Below, piece after piece: positions 1 to 10,875 of a stretch of DNA of 64,000 nucleotides; positions within the stretch are counted from its first letter, which is position 1; each line of letters opens with the position of its first letter. The stretch spans positions 49,098,304 through 49,162,303 of the forward strand of contig JARDVH010000106.1 of the NCBI GenBank assembly GCA_030324005.1, read 5' to 3'. The position numbers were made by a program, and so were the translations under genes. The notes under the pieces are model-generated. The model had not been told where the DNA came from, made no database searches, and was given only the letters and a program-made list of their open reading frames with translations. This DNA comes from Negaprion brevirostris (taxonomy: Eukaryota).

Positions 1-1205
1 GATGTCTCTTCATTTCTGGCTTGGCAAAAGCTCTTGTGTATTCCAAGAAAGGAATTTTCTTGCAGTCATTGTTGGAGAACAAGTAATCACATTTTTGATC
101 TTTCATCTCAGGAACTTTTGCCACATTCCAAGCTGGTAGAAACTAACAGCAGGTGGGGTTATTTCATCCACCACGTGGGCTTTTGAGATTCTGTTGCATG
201 TATCTGTTCCCACTGTCTTCGCTATTGATTAATATCAGGGCAGGTCCTCAGTGTAATCCTTGGAGTTTTCCAGAAAAAAAAACTCCTTCAAATACCAGAC
301 ATCAAGTGGTAGCCATCTTTGGTCAGTGTATTTTCTTATTTTTTTTAGAAAGGTGGTCTTTAAACAGTTAATTATGTATTTGATTAGCTGGTGAAGTTGT
401 GTCTCCCAAGTCACAACTTCCTGTTGTGGTGACAACATCAAATTGCACTCATAGCCTAACCAAATAACTGTAACAATTTTTATGTGCATTTATTCATATG
501 TTGGCTTTGAACGGAGCAATGAATAAGGTGCCTTCGTAACTCTAATAATTTGTTTCCTCAAACAACCATTTTAATTTCTAATTGCAAGCTAGTTTTAGAT
601 ATAATTCACTGTTTGTTTTAATACTCTGATTCTTTCGTCTTTTCTTCATTCTCAAATGCAGTACTTCATCAGATGCTTCATAAAAATCAAAGCAAATTAG
701 ATTTACTAGGTAGTTTTTGTGATAATTTGATCATTTTAAAGACTTCTGCTGGAGTTGGAAGACATGATTTATTACTTCAGATGGATTAACTCCGCTCAAT
801 AAATGTGAGATCTGTGTTACTGCAAAAAATAATTAGTTCACAGTAAATCTTTTTAATACATTGTTTTTGAAAGGTGAGATCAGTGTTTCATGCTACCCAC
901 GGTGAATATAGAAGAGATGAACAAAAATCCATTCATGTAGATGAAGGTGCCACAGATAAGCAAAGATAAATGTATTATGATGCCATTTGAAACCAATTTC
1001 TTTCAGAAGAAGGTAACCGAGAAAAAAGATTGCATGACAAGATTTCATGTTTCAAGACTTTACTGTGAAGAACAAACTAAAATCAACACTGAGTAAGCAT
1101 GACTTAGTAGATGATTTGTACAACAAACTACACAAAAGATATTCCCTATTAACTTGTTATTACAATCAAAAGACTCTACATCACATTTATATATTACGCA
1201 ACACT

Positions 1206-1940
1206 GAGTAGAAATATATCCCGTGGGAGGGCAGGAACACAGAATGTTTCCCACTCTGGATGCTGGCAGTAATCCATGCCAAAATTTTGGCCCCGACCTA
1301 ATGAATTATGCAGCTGGTTGTTTTGGGAATAGTACATGGCAAGGCAGGTATGATGATGCAAATTTCACTTTCTAATTGGCATGCCATATTGAAAGAAGCC
1401 CAACATTACTGATGCACTATTGCAGAAAGAAGGTGGACCTCCTGAAAATGAGGATGGATCTCTGGCAGCACTCTTGGACCTCCTAAGAAAGTAGATGGAT
1501 CACCAGGAACATTCTGAAGCTGGAAGAGAAACCCTCTCCAGGAAATTGAATCTGGAAAGTCCACCTGCAGATGCTTCCCGCACCCACTACTGTGCTGTTC
1601 TGGGGTCCAGGGNNNNNNNNNNCCCTCAGCATTGTTCAGGTGAGTTCTGACATCTGCACACTACGTTGGTCCAAACTTGTTTTGCACTGGCATGTTTGCC
1701 TGCTGGCACCCCAGAGAATTGAACGAGGATGGTTGGACCTTCATCTGCATCCCTATTAACAAGATACAAATAAGATTGCAGCAGCCTCCATCAGGTTTCC
1801 CTCACCTGTGTAAGATCCTGCGGGAAATTGCTGATGATGTAAAACTGATTTTCGGGCCTCCCGCTGAATTCTCTCCCCCTTGCCCGCCCCCCTCCTGCCA
1901 ACCAATTAATCCATTGGCAGGGTATGGGAGAATTCCACTC
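1206..1940. mobile_element. Non-autonomous PIF/Harbinger-type DNA transposon (MITE)
   Basis: Imperfect terminal inverted repeats: GAGTAGAAATATATCCC at 1206 vs reverse complement of the right end GAGTGGAATTCTCCC (ends 1940). Similar termini to 37629-38505. Confidence 0.55.
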
Positions 1941-2237
1941 ATAGTCTTGTGTTAAGTTCCAAATCTTTTCCTGGCATTAAGTATATCTTTTCTCACAGCC
2001 CTACAAGTGTGAATCTTCCTGTGTCCTTCTAAACAAAGTCCTGTCACTCCATCTTCTGAGCATATTGCACAAGGCAATGCATCCATTTGGCAATCTTTGG
2101 TCTTGAACTCTCCACAAACTTTGTTTTGTTGAATAAGAGATCTGTCTTCACCAACACTCTGCTTAACCCAAGGTTACTCCATTGACAGCACCTGTTGTGG
2201 ATCTTGTTACCCAAAAGAGCTCTTTGGCTAATTTTGA

Positions 2238-2451
2238 GGGTGGAATTTTCTGGCCCTTCTTGCCATCTGGATCTCCAAAGGTGACCCTCTCCCATCTCCC
2301 TCCTCCCCCATCCACCAACTGCAGCAGTTTTCCGGTGGTGAGGCAGGCGAGCCATGCAAAAGACAATAAACTTCAACTGGATTGCAAGATCCTTCTACCA
2401 CTTCTGCCTCAAGAAAATATGCCACGGAAGAAGGGCCGGAAAATCATGGCC
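2238..2451. mobile_element. Short Harbinger-type MITE
   Basis: GGGTGGAATTTTCTGGCCC at the left end and GGGCCGGAAAATCATGGCCC at the right end form imperfect inverted repeats. Confidence 0.5.
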
Positions 2452-3182
2452 CAAGACTCTTTGCAGCAACGAGAACAGCTGTCTCCTCTTATGTGTCCAG
2501 ATGTTAAAATGTGAGGATTATTTTAACATGTTGTTGTCGGCACCTGCCCTCATAGGCCAAAGCACATGGCTGGCCTCCAAGCTGAATTTGGAAGAAGTTA
2601 CTTGGGCTTTTCTCTGGGCAAATTTCATCCCCCTCTCCAAACAACTCCATTTTACCGTGAATTACAGGAGACAATTTAGAATAAAGCCATAAATCCAGCA
2701 GTCATAACAATTGCATTAAACAGCTGGGACAGAATTTTCAAAAATAACTCATGTCAACTTTTATTGGACCATGAGGCAGCATTCCAATTCCACTTTAACT
2801 TGATTACTTTTGTTGTTGCTGATGACTTGTTTGAGTGGTTGTGAAATGCTGATTCAGTTTAATACGTTTTGCATATAACCATGAATCAGTTGGAAGTTAC
2901 TGAAATTCGAGTAACTGAAAAGAGAGAGCCTGTGAAATGTTAGCGCTCAGAAGAACCAGAGTATTTGAATTGCTGGAAGTTAACATGCAGATATAGCAAG
3001 TGATTAGGAAGGCCAATAGTAAGTTAGCCTTTATTGCAAGGGAATTGCCGTATGAGAGCAATTAAGTATTATTGCAATTGTACAGAGCTTTGGTGCATCT
3101 GGAGTACTGTGTGCAGTTGTGGTTTCTTTTTTACTCATTTATGGGATATGGGTGTTGCTGGCTAGACCAGCACTTATTGCCA

Positions 3183-3277
3183 CTCTGATGAAGAATCATC
3201 CAGACTAGAAATGTTGGCTCTGTTCTCTCTCCACAGTTGCTGTCAGACCTGCTGAGATTTTCCAGCATTTTCTGTTT
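3183..3277 (+). mobile_element. Penelope-type pLTR fragment carrying a decayed hammerhead ribozyme
   Basis: CTGATGA (3185-3191), stem II, GAAA (3208-3211). Flanked by a TTATTG direct repeat inside the host LINE tail. Confidence 0.7.
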
Positions 3278-4412
3278 TTATTGTCCATCCCTAGTTGCCC
3301 TTGAGAAGGTGGTGGTGAACAGCCTTCTTGAAGCACTACAGTCTTTGAGATATCAGTATACCTACAGTACTGTTGGGGAGGGAGAGCCATGATTTTTACC
3401 CAGCAACAAGTGAAGGAACAGTGATAAACTTCCAAGTCAGGGTGATGAGTAACTTGGAGAGGAACTTCCAATTGGTGGCATTGCCATGTATCTGCTGCCC
3501 TTGACCTTCTTCTTCTTTGGTAGTGATTGTGGGTTTGAAAGATGCTGCCTAAGGAACCTTGGTGAGATTCTGCATTTCAACTTGTAGATGGTACACAGAG
3601 TTACCACTGTTCGTTGGTGGTGGAGGGATTAAATGTTCATAGAAGAGGTAGCAATCAAGTGGCTGCTTTGTCCTAGATAGTGTCAAGCTTCTTAAGTGCT
3701 GTTGGAGCAACACTCATTCAGGATAATGGACAGTATTTGATTACACTTTTGACTCGTGCCATATAGATTGTGGAGAGGGTTTGTGAAGTCTGGAGGTGAG
3801 TTAATCACCACAGGATTCCTACTCTTTGACCTATTCTGGTAGCCACAGTATTCATATGGCTAGTCCAGTTCAGTTTTTCATCAATAGTAACCCTAAGAAT
3901 TTTGATACTGGGGGATTTAGCAGTGGTAATGCCATTGAATATCAAGGGGCAATGGTTGGATCCTCTCTTGTTGGAAATGGACCATACCTGACACTTGTGT
4001 GGCACAAATGTTCTTTCCCACTCGTCAGGCCAAGCCTGGATATTGTTCAGATCTTGCTGCATTTGGACATGGACTGCTTCAGTATCTGAGGAGTTGTGAA
4101 TGATACTGAACATGTGTACTCATCCGGGAACATCTCCACTTCTGACCTTATGGAAGGAAGGTCATTGATGAAACAGCTGAAAATGGTTGGGGCCGAAGAC
4201 ACTACACTGAAGAACTCCTGCAGTGATCTCCTGGATCTGAGATGATTTAACACCAATCACTGCAACTATCTTCCTTTGTGCCAGGTATGATCTCAACCAG
4301 CAGAGGCATTTCACCCTGATTGCCATTGGCTCCAATTCTGCAGGGTTTCTTGATGCCACACTTGGTCAAATGCTGCCATGATGTTGACGACAGTCACTCT
4401 CAACTCACCTCT

Positions 4413-4630
4413 GGGGAGTCAAGTAGCTCAGTTGGCTGGATGGCTGGTGCGTGATGCCAACAGTGAAGGTTCAATTCCCATATCACTGGGGTATTTATGA
4501 AGGACCCACCTTCTCAACCTTGCTCCTCGCCTGAGGTGTGTTGATCCTCAGGTTAAAATCACCACTAGTCAGCTTTCCAGTTGAAAAGGGAGATCAGTCT
4601 ATTATCATCTGAGACTGTGGCGACTTTACG
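4413..4630 (+). mobile_element. tRNA-derived SINE (not HE1)
   Basis: A-box TAGCTCAGTTGG, B-box GGTTCAATTCC. Flanked by an imperfect TSD, TCACCTCT/TCATCTCT, inside the host LINE. Confidence 0.75.
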
Positions 4631-6030
4631 TTTCATCTCTGCCATTAAGCTCTTTTGTCCATGTTTGAACCAAGGCTGTAATGTGGTCAGGAGCTGAGTG
4701 ATCCTGGCGGAACTCAACCTGAGTGTCCATGATCAGGGTATTGATGAGTAAGTGCTGCTTGATAACATTGTTGATGACCCCTTCCATCACATTATTGATG
4801 ATCCAGAGTAAACTGACAGGGTAGGTATTGGCTGGGTGAGATTTGTCCTGTTTCTTGTGTACAAGGCACACCTCTGGAATTTTCCACATTGCCGAGTAGA
4901 TGCCAATGGTGTAGGTGTACTAGAACAGGTTGCCTAGGGGCACGACAGGCTCTGGACCAGAAGTCTTCAGCACTATTATTGGAATATTGTCAGGGTCCAT
5001 ATGCTTTGCAGTATCCAATGTTTTCAGCTGTTCCTTGGCATCATTTGGAGTGAATTGAATTAGCTGGAGGCTAACATCTGTGATGCTGGGGACCTCCGGA
5101 GGACATCAAGTGGGATCATCCACTTGGCCCTCGGGCTGAAAGTTGTTTTGGATGCTTCAGACTTACTCTTTGCACTGATGTGCGGGGCTGCTCCATTCTG
5201 AGGTTGGGGATATTTGTGAAACCTCCTCCTCCAATGAGTTTAATTGTCCACCGTCAGATACATTGCACATGGCAAGACTACAGTGTTTAGATCTGATCTG
5301 ATGGTTATGGGATTGTTTAGCTCTGTCAGTTACTTGCTGTTTATGCTGTTTGACACACAGATACTCCTGTGTTTAACTTCACCAGTTTGACTCATTTTTT
5401 CTTAGTATGTTTGGTATTGCTCCTGGCATGCCTCCTGCATTCTGTGAACCTCAATGTGAGGACTGGACTTTATCTCTACAAGGATACTGCGATGGTTCCC
5501 TCCCTCCCCCTCCCCTTCCCTCTCCCCTTCCCCCAAGCTGACTCTGTCATATACAGTTGCATCTGTTACTGGCAGGTTGGTGAGAATGAGGTCAAGTATG
5601 TTTTTCCTTCTTGTTAGTTCCCTCACCACCTGCTACAGCCCCAGTCTAGCAGTTGTCCTTTAGGACCCACCCAGCTGGATCAGTGGTGGTACTACTGAGC
5701 CATTCTTATTGAAGGACGTTGAAGTACCCCACCCAGTCTATGCTTCTGCACCCTTGACACCCTCAGTATTCATCCAAGTGGTGTTCTATGTGGAGGAGTA
5801 GTGATTCTTCAGCTGAAGGGTGCATTTCCTTGCTCACGTTTGACCGAGTGCCATGAGACTTCTTGGGGACCAGAGATGATGTTCGGTACTTCCAAGGCAA
5901 CTGCCTCCCAATTGTATAGCACTGTACTGTCACTTCTACTGGGCCAGTCTTGCTGGTGACACAGAACTTATCCAGCAATGGTAATGGCGGTGTCTGGAAT
6001 ATTATCTATAAGCTATGATTCAATGAGTAT

Positions 6031-6250
6031 AAGAACATAAGAAATAGGAGCAGGAGTAGGCCATCTAGCCCTTCGAGCCTGCCCTGCCATTCAATAAGAT
6101 CATNNNNNNNNNNNNNNNNNNNNNNNNNNNNNNNNNNNNNNNNNNNNNNNNNNNNNNNNNNNNNNNNNNNNNNNNNNNNNNNNNNNNNNNNNNNNNNNNN
6201 NNNGAATTCTCTGCCCGTTGAAGTGGTGGAGGCTGCCTCGCTAAATATAT
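6031..6250 (-). mobile_element. Young CR1 3' fragment spanning an N gap, apparently with a 5' inversion
   Basis: AAGAACATAAGAAATAGGAGCAGGAGTAGGCC is a CR1 tail on the minus strand, nearly identical to 25691. The piece after the gap (GAATTCTCTGCCCG..GTGGAGGCTG) is CR1 in plus orientation. Confidence 0.65.
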
Positions 6251-6746
6251 TATGACTACATCAACATCAGATTGTTGCTGGACTAGTCAGTGAGATGGTG
6301 TTCCCAATTTTGGCTCAATTTCCATAATGTTAGAAAGGAGGACTTTGTAGGATTGACAGGGCTGGGTTTGCTGTTATCTTTTCTGGTCCCTAGATCTATC
6401 CGGTTCTATTTGTAGTGGTTGAAAACAACTGGGTGACTTGCTAGGCCATTTCAGGTGGCATTTAAGAGTCAACCACATTGCTGTGGATCTGGAGTCACAT
6501 GTAGAGCCGATCAGGTAAGAGTATCAGATTGCCTTCCCTAAATGGCATTCATGAATTAGATAGGTTTTCCTTTTAATTCCAGATATTTTCTGGAATTTTT
6601 GAATTCCAACATTTGCCGTGATGGGATTTGAAGCCAGATCCCCAGAGCATTATCCCAGGTCTTTGGATTAATAATAAGGCAACAATACCATTGTCCACTG
6701 CCTCCCTCCTCCTTACCCAAGGAAGGATGTATTTGGCTTAGACTGT

Positions 6747-7053
6747 GGATGGCATGGTGGCACAGTGGTTAGCACTGCTGCCTCGCAGCGCCTGGGACCC
6801 GGGTTCAATTCCAGTCTGTGTGGAATCTGCACATTCTCCCCATGTCTGTGTGGGTTTCCTCCGCATGCTCTGGTTTCCCACCACACTCCAAAGATGTGCG
6901 GGTTTGGTTGATTGGCCATGCTAAGTTTATCCTAGTTCAGGGGGATTAGCAGGGTAAATACGTGAGGTTGCGAGAGTGGGCCTGAGTAGGATTTTGGTCA
7001 GTGCAGTCTCAATGGGCTGAATGGCCTCCTTCTGCACTGCAGGGATTCTATGA
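6747..7053 (+). mobile_element. HE1 V-SINE (CR1/HER1-type tail)
   Basis: GGTGGCACAGTGGTTAGCACTGCTGCCTC head, GGGTTCAATTCC B-box, V-domain GTGGGTTTCCTCC, tail ATGGCCTCCTTCTGCACTG..GGATTCTATGA. Confidence 0.92.
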
Positions 7054-7849
7054 CTGGGTTGAGTAGAAGTCCTTTGTTGATTGCCTGGATGAGAGAGCTG
7101 TCCTGTGAGGAGAGACTGAGAGTGGATCTATTGTCTTTCGAATTTAGAAGAAGAACTGTTGGAGGGGCTAGAACAAGCCACAGATCTCAAGATAAGGGCC
7201 TGCTTATTCAATACGGAGGTGATGAAACATTTCCTCACTCAGAGGTTTGTGAATCCTTGAAATTCTCCACTCCACAGAACTGTGGATGCTCAATGTTTGA
7301 GTATAATCAGCATCGAGTTTAGTAGATTTCTGGGCACTAACATGATGAATTATTATGAGGATGGTGTGAGAAAATGGAATTGATGGAGAACTTCAGCCAT
7401 AATCCTACTGAATGATGAAATGATGCAAGTGGCCCCCTTTTACCTCTTTGAATATGTTTTTTTCCAAGAATTCTTCAGATCCTTCAGTTGGATTCTAATC
7501 TACTTGATATTATTCCAGTTCACTTGACAGTGGCTAATTTTTCTGCAATGGAAATTAGATTACATGAGCAATTCAGATTGGTTATGTTTCCTATTATTAC
7601 TAATATTTTCTGGGCTGTCAGTCACTTATATTTTGTATTAAAATGCATGTTTTCACGTCTTTCAGTGCAAATCCTCATAATTACTTGATATATTGAGAGA
7701 TTAAATTTGGAATCCATGAAATTGGTTTAGCATGAATTTTACTGATATTCATCATTGTGATTATGTGCAAGCTACTTTTAAGCTTATAATGTTTCACATT
7801 AAAAACAAGTTTTCAAGAGGAAGTATATTTGTAATAGGTAATCCCTGAT

Positions 7850-8710
7850 GAGGGAGGCCAGCGTGTGACTATAAAAGATGAAGCTAAAGCATTTGCAGTC
7901 ACCTCCATCCAAAAGTGAATGAATCTCTGCCTCATCTGATGTTCCCACTACCAAAGGTATCACTTCTCCGACAATTCAATTCGCTTCATGAGATATCAAG
8001 AAATAGCGAAGTGCACTGTAAACAGCAAAGGCTAATAGACCCTGACGACGTTCCAGTACTACTGAAGACTTTGCTCCAAACATAGCTGGGTCATTAGTCA
8101 AGCTGTTCCAGGACAGCTGCAACACTGGCATCTACCTAACAAAATGGAAAATTGGCTAGGTATGTCTGTCCACAAAAAGCAGAACAAACCCAATTTAACC
8201 AAGTGTGGTATCAAGATACCCTAGCAAAATTGAAGTAAGTAGGAATAAATAGGAAAGGTGTCCACTGGTTGGAGTCAAATCTTGGAGAAAGGAAAATGGT
8301 TATGGCTTTTGGAGGCCATCATCTGGACACCAGGCTGCTGTTCGAGAAGTTCACCGGAATCGTGTCTGGAGCTCAATTATCTTCAGCCACTTCATTAATG
8401 ACTTTCTCTCCATTGTAAGGTCAGAAATGGGAATGTTTTCAGATATTTGCAGCTTTCAGTGCCATTTTCAACTCCCTCAGTCCATACCTGCATACTGCAA
8501 GACCTGACAATAGTTAGGCTTGAGCTAAGTAGCAAGTCACATATGTGTCACATGTGCCAGCCATTGAGCACCTCCAACAAATGAGGATCTAACCATCTTC
8601 ATTTGACTGTCAATGATGTTGCCATCACTGGAACCCCCATCATCAACATCCTGGCCTGCTATCATTAACTGGAAACTAAAATGGACCAGCCATATAAACA
8701 TGGTCATGCC
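7850..8710 (+). mobile_element. Internal fragment of the same CR1-clade LINE family as 3128-6706
   Basis: AAAATGGAAATTGGCTAGGTATGTCTGTCCACAAAAAGCAG (WK.A.VC.VHKKQ) and TTCATTAATGACTTTCTCTCC (FIND). Confidence 0.75.
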
Positions 8711-8942
8711 CATCAAAGGCATGTCATCTAAAAATACCAATTTTATTCAATATGGAATCTTTGAAATTGACCATTTTAAACAAAAACTATCAATGAACTG
8801 CAACAGGAGGTCAGATGGCCAGGTCTGTTATTCAAGGAATCAATTCAGTCACTAACTAACTCACTGTCTGGCTGTGTCATAAAGACATATATTCACGATT
8901 CCACTTGAAAGTGCTGACTACTTATTTTCTGAAAACCATTAG

Positions 8943-9129
8943 GCTGTTGATGAAGAACTGGACGTTTTATTGTCTGCCAATGAGCTGATCAATGACTTGA
9001 TCACTGAAAGAACAATGAGGTGTATTAAGGGTTTCACACTTTGAGAAACCATAATTGATAATTGTTCGGAAGACAAAGATAGTTTTAAGGGATCTATATT
9101 TGCACTGGTTAACATTAGAAACATTCTAA
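8943..9129 (+). pseudogene. Unidentified exon-like or decayed coding segment with one in-frame TGA
   Basis: AG before 8943 and GTATGT at 9130. Reads AVDEELDVLLSANELINDLITERTMRCIKGFTL*ETIIDNCSEDKDSFKGSIFALVNIRNIL. No homolog recognised. Confidence 0.25.
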
Positions 9130-10135
9130 GTATGTTTTATTTAATGCTGATGTGTGTGGAAGGACAAAATCTATTGTTAGATTCAAGCTAGTCAAAGGTG
9201 TTTGTATGTGTGGGGGTTGGTTTCAATTCCAAGCCTGATTCTCTGGTGCCTAAAAGAGGATTGCAGCACGAAGAATGAATAGTAATAACTAGTTATGTCG
9301 CAACTGAAAGTCCTTGTAAGGTAGGAACGCTTATCGGATTTAGTTTTAGCCGGACATATTGCAGTTGGTGACATGACAACAGGAAAATAACATCTCTGAA
9401 CTCTGCTGGAAGAAAGAGTGGACAGGACAAGAAAATGGCAAAGAGGCAGGCTTCTAAGGAGCCAGTTACTGTCCGGACAACCAGGGAATTGAGACAGAAT
9501 TTCTTAAGACGACTGAAGCTAAGAGAACAGAGCCCAGGGTATTGTTCAGAAGAATTCAAGTAAAAGTAAACATGTTCTGAGTTTGTGAAAATTACAATAA
9601 CCAGATTTAGAGTGGGAAAGCAGACTTCAGAGATAAATCAAAAGTTTCATGCAACTTTAATACAGTCTGGGAATCGAGAATTAAAGCAATTGTGAGCCAT
9701 TTGTACAGCGGTCAAGGCAAAGAAATCCAAAAGGGGATGGTGTAAAACCTGAACTGAATTTCCTGTTAAAAGTGGAGGAGAGTTCTGTTTAAAAGTGTAG
9801 TTAGACACAAGTAGAAGTAGCAGTGCTATACTTTATGGTACCATTCACTATTTTGTGGGGCTCAATAATGCATGCTTGCCAAGATTAGAAATTGTAACAT
9901 TATGGTTTTAAGATAACATTAAGATCATCTATGATTTAATTTAGAGAAAATATTTCAGAAGTGCTAAACCTCTGCAAATATTGAGCTGAGGCCAGTAGTA
10001 ACATACCAGCACTGCAACTTTGCTATATTAGCATAAGAAATATATACAGTCATTATTTATTGTTTTAAGGCATTTAACTATGGCTAAAACCCCTTTAACT
10101 TTGATTATTAGTCAGGATCAAAGTCAGAGTCAAGT

Positions 10136-10875
10136 GGAGGTATTTTTCCCAATATAAGGTTGGGGGAGGGGTGATCTCATCATGAGTTTCATGGAGTTAA
10201 ACATTCAAGTAGCGACATTGGTTTGGGATCCTGAAATTATCCTTGTCTTTTCTTAGTTTAATTGGGACACAATTAGAGGCAAAAAGGGAGTCCACTTGGA
10301 TCTGTTATTAAGTAAGCAAGATAATTAAAAAGCCAATTAAGAACTATGTTAATCTTCATTTCTGAATTTCCTCGACTTATCAGCTACTCACCAAAATCAC
10401 TGGGGCAAATGTTTGGCCCAAAGAGCTTCTGTTTTGAAACGAACAGTTATGCCAACCTGACAGTGACCTTGCATTGCCAACTTGATACTGCCAGGGCACA
10501 TTCTCTGTGTTGTCCAGTTGTGGGGGTCCCTCTATGTGCAAGGGGTTGTTCGCGTACCCCATCCTTGAGGGGGGAGGGTCTCAATGTCCTTGGGTAGGAG
10601 GGGGGGGGTCCCAATGTCCCTGGGCAGGATATCCCAATGGCCTGAGGTGAGGGAGGGGTTCCGGGATCCTGATGCCCATGGCCTGGAGAGAGGAGATGGT
10701 CTCAAACTTCGCATTTCTGTCCCTCAGGGGGCAGTTTCAGGCTATTCGTCTATGACCCCCACCACCTGGGGGCTACACCTATCTCCATTGCCCTGTGTTA
10801 TGCCACGAAGGTGATTTTTCCCTCTGCCAATTTCAGAGCCCCCCCAAAGAGATGTACCTTGCCTTGTAATCTTGA
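10136..10875. mobile_element. Probable decayed Harbinger-type non-autonomous element with G-rich internal subrepeats
   Basis: GC-rich island with repeated GGGTC(T/C)CAATGTCC(T/C)TGGG units (10577-10650). Termini not clearly defined. Confidence 0.35.

Larger units (their letters stand above)
3128..6706 (-). mobile_element. Near full-length decayed CR1-clade non-LTR retrotransposon (APE endonuclease + RT) with tRNA-like 5' head, copy 1
   Basis: Minus-strand ORF fragments: TRRKNILDLILTN (APE C-terminus), WKIPEVCLVHKKQDKSHPAN..PVSLL, FRQDHSAPD, GVLQCSVFGP, FINDLP..MFPDE (RT). B-box-like GGCTTCAAATCC at 6624-6635. Confidence 0.85.
2970..7460 (+). mobile_element. CR1/HER1-type LINE 3' portion, split into 2970-3127, 6707-6746 and 7054-7460 by nested insertions
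   Basis: CR1 ORF2 C-terminal DNA (CATCTGGAGTACTGTGTGCAG = HLEYCVQ) resumes at CCTTACCCAAGGAAGGATG, then LSCEERL..LLSFEFRR and a CR1 3' UTR. Confidence 0.8.

Noticed and set aside
235-489. Minus ORF with KYTDQRWLPLDVWYLKEF
   Set aside because: No recognisable family, no convincing splice sites, and it crosses homopolymer runs.
5497-5533. Polypyrimidine CCCTCCCC repeat encoding GEGEREGEGE
   Set aside because: Microsatellite expansion inside a dead LINE endonuclease region.
6747-6830. tRNA-like sequence (also at every V-SINE head)
   Set aside because: SINE head continuing into the V-domain; not a tRNA gene.
9042-9044. In-frame TGA as selenocysteine
   Set aside because: No selenoprotein motif or SECIS evident, and neighbouring in-frame stops favour decay or chance.
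9150-9950. Possible solo LTR with a short ORF (..RELRQNFLRRLKLREQ..)
   Set aside because: Purine-rich LTR-like texture, but no TG..CA termini or TSD could be defined.
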